Shown one piece after another: positions 11,901-22,900 of a stretch of 64,000 bases of DNA. The position numbers and the translations under genes are program-made. The stretch lies in NCBI GenBank assembly GCA_030141605.1, contig JAQGDQ010000228.1, positions 124,001 through 188,000 on the forward strand, given 5' to 3'. Every line of letters begins with the position of its first letter. The first letter of the stretch is position 1. Below the pieces are notes generated by a model that saw only the letters and a program-made list of their open reading frames with translations, was not told where the DNA came from and did not search any database. The stretch is from Tubiluchus corallicola. Taxonomy: Eukaryota; Animalia; Priapulida.

Positions 11901-14900
11901 GATAGGCCCTGATCCAGATGGCGGTATCTCAGCCACGTTTACATACATTGTGCCCCCTACAAGGTTAACAGCCAGAATCAGCATGGCAAATGATACCACC
12001 TAAGCGGTTATGAGGTGATCAGTCTTAGCATGACTTAACTTTGGCCTTAACTTCAGCTATTGGTCTCGTGTTGAAATTCACCCAAAATTGTATTAGAAAG
12101 GGACAAACTTATCACAAAGAATTTTACATAGAAGATTTCAGCAAATTTTTATTGTAATAAGAAGAAAAGGTTTGCAGATACATCAGTGCTGAGAACCTGT
12201 TAAGATCAGAACAAACTTTCAGAGTCATACTTTTGGCACACATATAAAAGAACAATAATTTTTTTTAAGCTTTTTCACTGTCGGGACAGTGTCCAAAGTT
12301 TAAAAAGTTATAAAACTGATGCAAATATCTTTATATTACAAAACCCAAATGTATGAGAAGTTCAACCAGCTGGACGAAAGATTGTGTAATGACAATCTTA
12401 CAGCTTAGCATTTAAATAATAACATATAGTTTCCAAAGTTTGAATGGCAAAATCAAGATGGTATACTACAGTGATGCACAGGAAGCATAAAGCCTAAGAA
12501 GCAATGCTCTCCCGGTAATTAAATTAAGCCTTAAGTTACGACAGAGTTTCAAAGCTATTGGTTACAAATATCACAAATAAAAGCTATAGCTAATCTAATA
12601 CTGATTTTTTGCAATTCAGTAGAATACAATTTGTGTTTCATTGTACTTATGTTTAAAAAACCTCAACCACTGAGATCAGACTTTGATAAATATGATAGAA
12701 GACATACTTTGCAGGTTTAAATTAATTCAAAAAACAACTTATGCACAAATTTTAAGAAAGCATACATGAAATGTCAGCTATTTTTTAACAAAGTACATGT
12801 TAGACACCCTCTGTTCAATCCCGCTATACGGGTAAAAGGCTTAACTGAGAGAAAACCAAGTGCTGAAACACACATTAGGTGCAAATATATTCGTACCTGC
12901 ACGGTCATCCAACTCGGAAAGTTTGTTGTCTCTCTCAAGTACATGCTGCACATTAACCTTCATTATATCAACAACCTAAAAAAACAAGAGTTATGTACGT
13001 GGCATACCTGCTCTGTCATCTAGCTCCGAGAGCTTGTTATCTCTGTCTAGTACTTTCTCCACATTGACCCTCATTATGTCCACAACCTGTTAAAACACAA
13101 GCAAACACTAATGGCACATACGAGTGCAGTGTTTTTTTAATGCAGTGAGCACCACAAAAATGGATAAAAGTCAAGTCACGCTCACGCAAAAATTAACTTG
13201 TGCAAAATAGTGACATTACACAAGAGTAGGTTTTTATTAAGATGGAGAATTCTAACACCTCTACCTACTCCATAGTTTTGGCACTGTACCTCGTTAACTG
13301 TGCCACATTCAGAACAGAAAATACCACTTTGTATAAATGTTATTGTAATTGCCTAACTTTAAAAAAGTAAAATTTATTAAAAATGCAAACATAATACACA
13401 TTAGGTGAAACATCATGCTTACAACAATTAACCCAACAGCTAATTAATTGAAAGTGCTGAAAAATTGCGAGCCAAATCAGGGTTTGAGCTCACTACCTGT
13501 GGCACATGCTACACTATTTGAGCTGCTGACTCAACACGGCAAAACTGGTCTGAGATCTCACCCTAATAGTACACAGTCATCTGCTAGTGATATATAACTT
13601 CATTTGAATACATTCAAAAGTGAGAGTTGACTAACAGGCCTCTGCATCTTTCTAAGGGCAGGTGTGGGAAACTGGGCTCCTTTCTAAGGGAGGTGTGGGA
13701 AACTGGGCGCCTTTATAAGGGCAGGTGTGGGAAACTGTACGCCTTTCTAAGGGCAGATGTGGGAAACTGGGTGCCTTTCTAAGGGCAGGTGTGGGAAACT
13801 GTACGTCTTTCTAAGGGCAGATGTGGGGAAACTGGGTGCCTTTTGGGCGGTGTGGGTGGGTGTTTTGTGGGTGTGGGTGGTGGTTTGTTCCAAGGGTTTG
13901 GGTTGCTGGTTAGTCTGAAGCTCTAGTTTGGAAGCCCTTTAGCTGCCTGCTTAAAAGCCGAGCTGCTCACCACAATGTTTTACTTGTCTAACTGGGTGCC
14001 GTAACAGCAATAGGTTGTCTGATTACAATGTGCATTATCTTTAGAGTCAGTTGGTAGTAGACCGGCCATCAGGAGCCTCTGCTTGCTGTATGTCACATTG
14101 TAGCTTAGTATACATACATCTTACGTTTCGCAGATTTCAGTTATTCATCTTTTATTGCTATAAAATTTGTATTAGCGTTGACTACATATGTTCCAACATG
14201 AAAAAGTATTGTAAAGAAAAATACAACTAAAATTTTTGTATTGTTAGATTTTCTTAATAAGGGAAATATTCCTACAGTTTAGACATGTTATAATGATTAC
14301 ATGTGAGAATTTGATTAGTTTAGATAACTGCATCAGTCAACTTATTTTAGTTTTACACATTGGTAAATTTGATCTGTTCCTTGAACTTATGAAATAGATA
14401 TTTACTACATATTTTCTAATACAAAACCGTCAATTTATTAAGTTTAAAAGTGCTTCACAAAATCTCAAAAGCTGGAAATGTGAGAGGTTTTTGGGTGGAG
14501 GAGCACTTGTACAGGCACGTACCGCCATGGGCGCTTACAGCACTTCTACACACGTTCTGGGCACTTGCCCACTCTTGCTGTAGGATATTCAGAACTACTT
14601 GGTGTGACACACATGCAAACTTATGCTGAAATAAAGTTAGAACTTAAAATGCCTTAAATTCAAAGTTGTGCGGTCTGCAAAAAAGAATGTAACTTTGTGC
14701 ATTTTTGCAAGCACGTACTCCATTGCACACCATTAAGTTATCATCAGGTTCATAATAACCTGTCTCTATACTTCAATTACAGACTAAACTTAACAGATAA
14801 TCTCATTGAAATATACGCATGAAATGTAGAACAAATACATAATATCACCTGCAAAAAAATAGTGAAAAGCACTTGACAAATATACTTTATACAGTTGCTC

Positions 14901-16041
14901 AAATTACCCAAGTCACATTCACATGCTTGAATATTTACTCTGTAGTAAGCAGCATCACATACCTCATCAACTTGTGCTTGTGTCTGTTGTAACCTCTTCG
15001 ACTGCTGTGCAGGTTTAGGGCCATCCCCTCCTTGACCAGGGGCACCCGTAGCAGCTGGATCAGCCCTGTAAAACACATAATGCAAGCATTTATAAAACAC
15101 ATCACTAACATTTCAGCTGCTTCATTTTTGAACATTAAACATTTCAGTTTTGTAAAAATCCAAATAAGATCACAAGCTATCATTTCTCAATTTTTCACAT
15201 AGCAATTCTTCTCTTAATGACAAAAGAATTCCTGCTTCCAAAAAAGTACTGAATTTTGTTTGTCACATAATGGCGTTTCTGAGTTTCTTTTGTACTGATT
15301 CTGATAATTGAGAAATTGTTTGGGCCCCAAAAATGTAACAGAAATTACCAACAATTAGTAAGAAGCTTAAACGATTGGTAAAGAAATGGGATTCATCAGT
15401 GGTTCCTCACAATCACTGATATTGTATATTGTGTAATTAGTCGCAGTCAATAAGACAGATACGAAAACCTCTACCGCATTTTTCTCACTAGACTAACAAA
15501 CGCTATACATAAATGGCAAGGTTGTTTATTTTCTAATGTCAGCTCTTCTTTTTGTCCTCTGTCTACTGGTGTGAATTTTAAAAAAACTGATGTGGCTGCA
15601 AATTTATTCACAAACTTGTACTTGTAAAAAATACTGCCAAGATGATATAATTTTCACAAATTTTTATTTTTTTATAGTGCGCTCGGAGAAGTAGAGGAAT
15701 CAATAACAAAATATGCTAATCACCAACAGTTATTACAGATTTGTCAGATTACAGATTTGTCAAATGTATATGTTAAATCTACATGTCTTCAGGGAGTTTC
15801 TTAATAACCGATATGTGCCTGGGATTGCACAAAGCTGAATGGGTTGTGACCCAGAAATAACTAATATTATTCTTAATTATATATTACAGAAAACATGTGT
15901 TAATAATGTTATACTATTCAGGTAGTAAATCAAACTTGAAATTCAGAAAAACCCAAAAACAACAAGATAGACATAATTGTAATGCACGACATGCCGATTT
16001 CTGCCGTATAACAGTATTTATCATGCGGTAAATACTCACAT
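5892..16041 (-). CDS. VAMP: Synaptobrevin/VAMP family R-SNARE (about 114 aa per isoform), alternatively spliced
   Basis: AT(16041-16040) + 15065-14963 + [13086-13008 or 12975-12897] + 10642-10563 + [9727-9676 or 8264-8213] + 5920-5892 gives [99 protein letters not shown]. It contains the zero-layer Arg, the QF bond and the juxtamembrane WWKN. All junctions are GT-AG with compatible phases. Confidence 0.95.
6203..6653. mobile_element. MITE with about 25-bp terminal inverted repeats (PIF/Harbinger-like ends)
   Basis: Left end gggaccatccacatataacgatat matches the reverse complement of right end atatctttatatgcggatggcccc; flanks tta/cta. A related decayed copy lies at about 17066-17660 (ggggccatccacat; atgatattattatctgacttcatgcttt). 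Confidence 0.7.
8213..8264 (-). CDS. VAMP: VAMP transmembrane exon, variant B
   Basis: 52 nt, [17 protein letters not shown]+G; acceptor gtactttcag, donor gtaagt; same length and phases as variant A. Confidence 0.85.
9676..9727 (-). CDS. VAMP: VAMP transmembrane exon, variant A
   Basis: 52 nt, [17 protein letters not shown]+G; AG acceptor after a pyrimidine tract, donor gtaagc. Confidence 0.82.
10563..10642 (-). CDS. VAMP: VAMP exon: C-terminal SNARE half and juxtamembrane region
   Basis: 80 nt, (D)[26 protein letters not shown]; acceptor tgctttag, donor gtatgt. Confidence 0.95.
11040..11495. repeat. 27-bp minisatellite, about 17 copies, in a VAMP intron
   Basis: Unit acatcttgcaactcaagatcatgtaac with an internal inverted pair atcttg/caagat; it produces the LQDVLHDLE repeat ORFs. 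Confidence 0.9.
12897..12975 (-). CDS. VAMP: VAMP SNARE-motif exon, variant B (mutually exclusive)
   Basis: 79 nt, [26 protein letters not shown]+G; acceptor cttgtttttttag, donor gtacga; 32 nt downstream of variant A. Confidence 0.88.
13008..13086 (-). CDS. VAMP: VAMP SNARE-motif exon, variant A (mutually exclusive)
   Basis: 79 nt, [26 protein letters not shown]+G; acceptor ttttaacag, donor gtatgc. Confidence 0.93.
13648..13883. repeat. G-rich 31-33-bp minisatellite (6 copies) plus a GT-rich tail
   Basis: Unit ctttctaagggcaggtgtgggaaactgggcgc repeated over 13648-13843, then gggcggtgtgggtggg... Confidence 0.88.
14963..15065 (-). CDS. VAMP: VAMP exon: N-terminus and start of SNARE motif
   Basis: 103 nt: g+[34 protein letters not shown]; acceptor ttttacag, donor gtatgt. 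Confidence 0.93.
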
Positions 16042-16045
16042 ATTT
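16040..16045 (-). CDS. VAMP: Candidate 6-nt VAMP micro-exon (AAATAT) carrying the AT of the start codon
   Basis: Minus strand reads actcttccacatttccag|AAATAT|gtgagt. The next exon starts with a lone G, completing ATG in the context aaatATGg. Confidence 0.65.
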
Positions 16046-16272
16046 CTGGAAATGTGGAAGAGTATTGATATTTTACACTTAAGACACGAAAATGGCAACC
16101 ACTGATGACAGATGACTCATCGCATCCGGGAATTTGTATGTTAAGACTAGTCTTTCATTCAAAGTACTGAAAAGACAAAGTACATATCATTCTAACCGGA
16201 AATACCACTGTAGTTACAGGAAACATCTGCTCAGTGCTTACTAAGGGGTAAGCATTACTGAGCATTCTCTAC

Positions 16273-16606
16273 CAGAAAGTGAGATCGAATCGAATTTGTC
16301 ACTTTCGAACCGAACTTCAATATTTCGAATCGAATTGAGATTGAAAGATTTTCGAACCACCAGTAAAAATTTGTCTTACCAAGTCATGCGTATTACTCGT
16401 TTTGTTCTGCAATAAAACCACATATAATTTGTTTAAAAATTGTGCACGGAAGTCATGCTAATTGCACGATGTTTCAATCGTTTTATTAATAAGGAATATA
16501 TGTGATTGAAGTGCTGAATTATTCAAATCTATAGTTTTAGGTTCGGTTCGAATTCGAACAAAAAAGCTCGTTCGAACAGAATTCGAACGTTCGATGCTCA
16601 CCTCTA
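16273..16606. mobile_element. Non-autonomous DNA element with TCGAA-rich subterminal repeats
   Basis: Left cagaaagtgagatcgaa and right ttcgatgctcacctcta are imperfectly inverted; both arms are rich in ttcgaa/tcgaat. A related fragment lies at about 18050-18180. Confidence 0.5.
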
Positions 16607-18820
16607 GTGGTTACTGAATATTTGTGTATAAAGAAAAAATAATTTGTCTAATTATTGCAAAAATTGCAATGCAAATGAATCTATCATGCCTCCAAAAAGA
16701 TCTCTAGCTAACTAAATATTATTTTATCTCTACTGTGGATACACTTGATCTTCTTCGATCTTCACCAAAATTGATGTGCAAACATATATCAATAAAAAGT
16801 GTTTGTTTGCAATGTCAATTATAGGAATTTATTTTATTTGTAATTCACACTGTATGGATAATTTACTTTGTCATCACTTCTTTAGTTTCCTTGTTTTTGA
16901 TTTCAATTTTAACTGCAGTATGGTCATTGACATACATTTTAACTTTTCTTAATTTATTTTCACTTGAACTGCCTATGTCCTGCACTGAATGTCTCGAGCT
17001 GAGCACATAATCGAGCTGACGGGAAAAAATTCGAGTTGACTAGATTATCTTAACCTGGCCACACGGGGGCCATCCACATTATTATACTGATATAAAATTT
17101 AGTGTAGGCATAGTTACAGTTACTGTACATTTTATAAATTTAATTTCATATATGAAATTTCTTATGACTATAGCAATGCGAAAATATATATGTTAATCAG
17201 ATAAATATGTTTCACTTAAGATTCTTGTACTCTTAGTCAATTTGTTTCTGTGATTGTGTGTCTTATTATGTATGCAGTTTGTACTTATATTATGTTATGT
17301 ATGTATTACGTATTTTTAATTATCTAAATACATTTTTCTTTTTTCTGTTTTTTAGACAGCTCTCTCTTAATCTTTTAAGTGAACTGCTTTTGTATGCTTC
17401 TATTTTAATTAAGTATTTTTAGACTGTAGAGATTTAATGTATTTTACTTAGGTTATGTTTTTATTTAGGATACTAGAGTTTTGTATTTATGTCGGAAAAT
17501 TGTCTTACAGTCTGATGTTCTTTGTATTGCAAACTGAGTTTAAATAAAGTAAACTGCAACTGAAGGGTATGGGAATGTGGCAGGAGGCGTGATAATACCA
17601 CTGATAACACACGATAGGTATGGGCGAGTCATGATATTATTATCTGACTTCATGCTTTTTCCACACAAGTAAGAAAATCACAGGTAAAAAAGAAAAATAT
17701 CTAACCTTAACGTAAACCCACCTTATCACTAACCCTGACCCCTAACCCTAGCCTTTCTTTTTCCTAACGAAAATTTCGAGTTTTTTCCTTAACTTTTTGT
17801 GACTTCATTTCCGGTCACCGATATTTTAATTACTCGCTAAAAATGTACCTTTTCAAAGTGAAAGCCCATTAGGCAAAATAATAATTGAAAAGTTAATGAA
17901 TGAGACAAATTTTTGCTGTTAGTATAGCAGGTTGAGTTCTTGACCTGTTTTTGCTAAATAGAGCAGAATATTCGCTTCGTTGGTAACTGCTGCCAGGTCG
18001 CTCAAATAAATGGTAAAATAGCTTTCCTTGTAGTGAATTGAGCAAATGTTACTAGAACTCAAATTCGAATCAAACAAAATTTTTCGTTTTCGAATTCGAA
18101 TCGTATCGAATTTCAATTTTTGGAGTTCGAATCGAATACGAATTCGTTACTAGAGATATTTGAATGACTTTTGAATCGGTACTAAAATATAAATGTGCCC
18201 AAAAAGTGAAAATTGAAACCCAATTTAGCTCTGAGATGATGAAATCTCTGCATGTACCAGTGTGCTACTAATTTATCACTCTGACTATAATAACTGATTT
18301 GTATAGTTAAAATATTCTTGAGAATCTCTGTGAAAATAGCTCGACTCACTTGGCAGTCTGTTGAATAAAAGATCTACTTTTACTAGACTCTACTTGAGTC
18401 ACTTAGCAATAAGATGGGATATACTTAGTAATACTAAATCTACTTGACTCACTTAGCAATAAGATGAATAAGAGATCAAATAAATGAATCTCCTTTTACT
18501 TTGTGTTTCAAGCGATATGTTTGTGATGTTGCTATACGTTTTTGGATGTTGTTGTTTTTATATGCTGTTAATTCACTATGTTGTTCATATTCACTAAATT
18601 ATATCAAAAAATTCTATTGCAATTAGTCTATTGTTCGTCCAACTCTAGTCCTCCCCTGTTCTTCGCAAAATGCCAGGGCCCAGGAATAGAAAGGGTAGAA
18701 TTGAAATAGCTGAAGAAAGCGGTAATAAAATGCAACTGAATCGTCATTTTAGTCTTAGCTACAATCAACAATCAAAGGCTTGAACACTTGGCGAAGCGTA
18801 GCGGGAATGGAAATTCTTAC

Positions 18821-19121
18821 CCCGGACCTGGTATGTCTGGGTCAAGTCAACTGTAATTTGTATGTTGGAACGAAGTTGTTGTAGACTAGAACTTATTAAG
18901 TAATATACAATTTTAAAAAATTATTAATGTTATTTCGTTGGATTTATTATTGTATGGAGACGAGTGCAGTTCAAAAACTTTATTTGAAGTACAAAAGTCG
19001 TAGAGTAGTAAGCAATTAAAAAGCGGTGGGAAATGTGCCACAGGAGAAGAGCGACCCAGAAGTGGGAGTTGTGGGTGGATTCCTGTGTCAAATGAAGTGT
19101 ACTGCGCTGCACTATATCTAT
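18821..19121. promoter_or_regulatory. Candidate bidirectional promoter and non-coding first exons of VAMP (-) and SMC6 (+)
   Basis: The genes are head-to-head and both start-codon exons are preceded by splice acceptors (16046-16048 on minus; 19897-19898 on plus). Outward-facing donors occur at 18820 (ggg|gtaaga, minus) and 19122 (tat|gtaaga, plus). Inferred only. Confidence 0.35.
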
Positions 19122-19929
19122 GTAAGAAAGTACTTCAGATTAATGCTAAGATCTTTTATTAGGATCCTTAATCTCATAAAGTTGCATGCAGTCCATCTAT
19201 GCCTTATGAAGCACCAAATTTACTATTTAAGCCGTTAGCATAGGTGAATCTGGTGAGGCTTTAGGGCGACTTCAGTCTGAGAACCAAAAAGAGGCAAAGC
19301 AGTCTTTATAACGTTTGTTTTTCTAGAGAGCAAAAAACTAAGGAAATTACACCTGTACATTCTGATGCTGTGATAGTGAAGTGAAGAAAGTGCCAGTTTC
19401 AGCAAGAAAAACATGCAGAAAAGGTACTGAAAACATGCGTAGATTTGCTCCAAGTTGGCAATTTTTTTGGTTGCCAGATACAATAATATTCAAATTACAT
19501 ATATGCCAACAATATTAGCAATCCTTCATAATAATTTTGGCTTCTTAAAGCATGACTATCACGAAGTGCTAAATCTCTTTCCTTAAAGAGGTTTTGATTC
19601 GGTGCACTAACCACCCTTTCAGGCAAACTGTTTCACTTGTTCACTACACAGTGTGGAAAAAATTAACTTACGATTAGTTCTTGCATAAGGTTTATATAGT
19701 TTCTTAGAATGACCGCGAGTCGACAATAGTTCTTGCATAAGGTTTAAGCATTTTCTTAGAATGACCGGAAGTGGACATTAGAGGTGCAGCCTTAAATAGT
19801 GTATCACAGCTCCATGATGTCTCCATTTATGTACTTAAGTACCTCATACAGGTTACCTGTTTCTTTGTTGGAGTGAACAATTTATCTTTTTATTTCAGCT
19901 ATGAATAATTTGTGTTCTTGTCTTTAATT

Positions 19930-22900
19930 ATGCCAAAACGCAAAAGATCGGGCGTACAGAGAAGTAAGAGGGGTTCTAGCAAAGCATTGTGCAGTGATGG
20001 TGGTTTTACTGAAGATGATGCTGAACCTTCACGTGACATTGAAATAGTAAGTTGAACATGTTTCACTTGCAATGATATCAGTGTATATCAGTAGTAATTC
20101 CTCTCTGTGGATGGTTGAACCCGGATAGTTTATTTTTTAATAAGCAGTGCCTGCATTCGTCAGTGGCACTCACATTAAACACGGTTTGCTTTTACACCTA
20201 CATATGTACATGAATTACATAAAACTAAAACTAAATTTTGTATTTTGTTTTTTTAGAGAAAGTTGATACTCAGTGTTCATTAAATACTTTCATTTGGCTT
20301 TAAACCTTGGCCAAGATTGATTTATGACCTTCAATTCAAAATAGATTTCATTTTCAAGGTCACTCGAAACTTTGCTTGTGTACCGAGTACAGTTTTTACT
20401 CTAGATGTAGCTAAAATGTATGTTTGAGGAAAGCAGGCAGAGATGATGAACAAACGTTTTTAAAAGTTTTGATGTCGTAGAACACATATTTTGTCTTTTA
20501 ATAGGCTAGCTTTAAAACTGACATTTAAAGTTAATTGAATATGATATGTGGTTTACAGTTTGCATCAGTAATTTTGTGTCAAGTAAAAACAGGTATAAAT
20601 TAATCTTATTCAACAGTGTGCCATTCATTAAGATTTGGGTGCTTATGCTTGTTAAATATATACCACGATTAAATATATGTACTGTGTCACTGTGATATAA
20701 TCTTTCTTGCAGAGGCAAAATGAATGTGGCATCATTTCATCAGTAAACTTAAGAAATTTCATGTGCCATGATGCTTTTGATATTTCTTTTGGACCAAATG
20801 TTAATATTATCACAGGACGCAACGGCAGTGAGTATCAATTTCTCTTGAGAATTTGATTGTCGTAAAGTTAGTATTTGTACACTCACAAAACTTAGAAAGA
20901 AGCTTTACGATTAGTGTTTAGCCGAGAAAGGGGTAACAATGTTCAGTATATTTTAGATCATGGTGTGAGGAGGTGAATATTTGATACTGGCAGTGCAACA
21001 TGTGAACAAGGGCATCTCAGTTCTTATTGTGAAACAGGAATACTTATTTGTGATATCTGGCATGTGTTTTAAATTATCAGTCGTTATACGACATTTGTAG
21101 TAATTTTCGGTACGGCATCTGGTACGCAGTATTTTAGTGTACAGCTATAATACTGTTCATAAGTCACATGTCCCTGCATGACAGGTTTTTCTTTGCCAAG
21201 TTCTAAGCTTAAAGATCTAGCTTATAATTCATCATTTAGGTGCCTTTATTAAACATTGCTGCTACGTGATTTGCTTATCATGTTAATGCTAAGTTCAAGT
21301 TTAACGTTTTATAACACATTAGTTTATTTTAGTTAACTTGTTTGCACGTGGTATCATTTTAAATTATGTACTTTTAACTCGCTGCTTATTAAATTTATAT
21401 TATGATATCTGGCAGTTTGGTTACTGAAAAGGGCTGGGGAGACATTTTGAAGTAAAATTTTGGGAATTTGCCTGCCGTGCAAAAAAATAGGAAGGTCAGA
21501 GAGATTTTCCACTGTTTTGGTATATTCTCACAATCTCACTTGTTCTGACTAGTGTGTATTTTGCCATGTGTATGAAACTTAGTTACGAAACCATTATGCA
21601 AATATTTCTCTCAAAGCATCATCTCTACATGCCCAGATAAATTTAGGCGCATACCAGAATGGTCAATATTAAAGGTGGTAAGTTATCTATAAAAGATCAA
21701 ATTGCATGTACACAGATGTAAGTTGTTGGTAACAAATCGTGTTAACAAATACTGAAATACTATTTTGTCAAAAATTGTAGTTATTAAACCATTCTGAATT
21801 TCAAAGTTTATGTTGCCTATCTCATTAGCTCTGTCTATCAGCTTTTCTCCTATATAAGCATAACTGACTAAATAATACTGTCTTCACTGTCCTTATTAAC
21901 ATTAAATTTGCCTATCTTTATCAACTATTATTTATCTAAAATTTGTATGAATGTTATCATTGTACGTATTTAATTTGATTAAGAAAAATTTTATTGTGTT
22001 GAATTAATCTATGTAGCCAATAGTTTTTTATGGTTCACAGCCAGGGCCAACTCTGCCACTAGGTAAACTAGGCAGTTGCCTAGCTTGCCAAATTCTGGAA
22101 GTAATTCCTTGATTTTTAAATTTGTCTTAAATTTGACACTGTATCTGTGTTTTTTATGTGTAGTTGTTTAAATGCACAACACATTATTTAAATGAAAAGG
22201 ATTTCTTGCATTATTTTTATGTCAAAATGTATGATTCGTCCATTCTCACACAGCTGTGAGCCTGTCACTTCACAAGATTACATCATTTTAGGTAGATGCC
22301 ACTTACGGGTCACCGTTTTTTGCTAACAGTTTGTACAGTATGCAGAGCTGACTAACTGTTGATTTCAGCCAATCTTTCCACTAATAAAAAACATTTCTTG
22401 CACAAGCTGCTGACAAGCATTAATTTTTTATAATTTTGGCAGATAAACATATAAAAAATCGAAGCCTTAATGAGCATAAATTACGTAATACAGGAAACGA
22501 AAGGTAAAAAAGCTGGCAGACCTTGAACAACAAAAATATTTGCTAATAAAATATTTGCACCCAGACCAGAGTTATGGTTGTGAAAATGATACAGTTAATG
22601 AAATGAATGTACGTGAAAAAGAGGAATTAGTGTTTCAAAACTTTTCAAATGAGAAGGCTAAATCTAGCGAAGAGTATGTAATTGCATCTGAAATTGCAGA
22701 AATTTTGATTGCTCCCGAGGACACAGGACAATGGGGTCGTCAATTCAATTTCAAGTTAAGTCAACACAAGCTGCAAATAGGCAATTGACGCTTATTTATA
22801 ATAGACTGTAATATATGTCAAACCAATTGGAGCCTGTTCAGAGCCTATGCTATGGTTTATCGGTTTTCAAATTGTCATGAAACTGTCAACTTTTTTTAGG

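Noticed and set aside
12897-13086. Tandem SNARE exons as an assembly or haplotype duplication
   Set aside because: 14 of 26 codons differ, mostly synonymously, and the flanking intron sequence is not duplicated.
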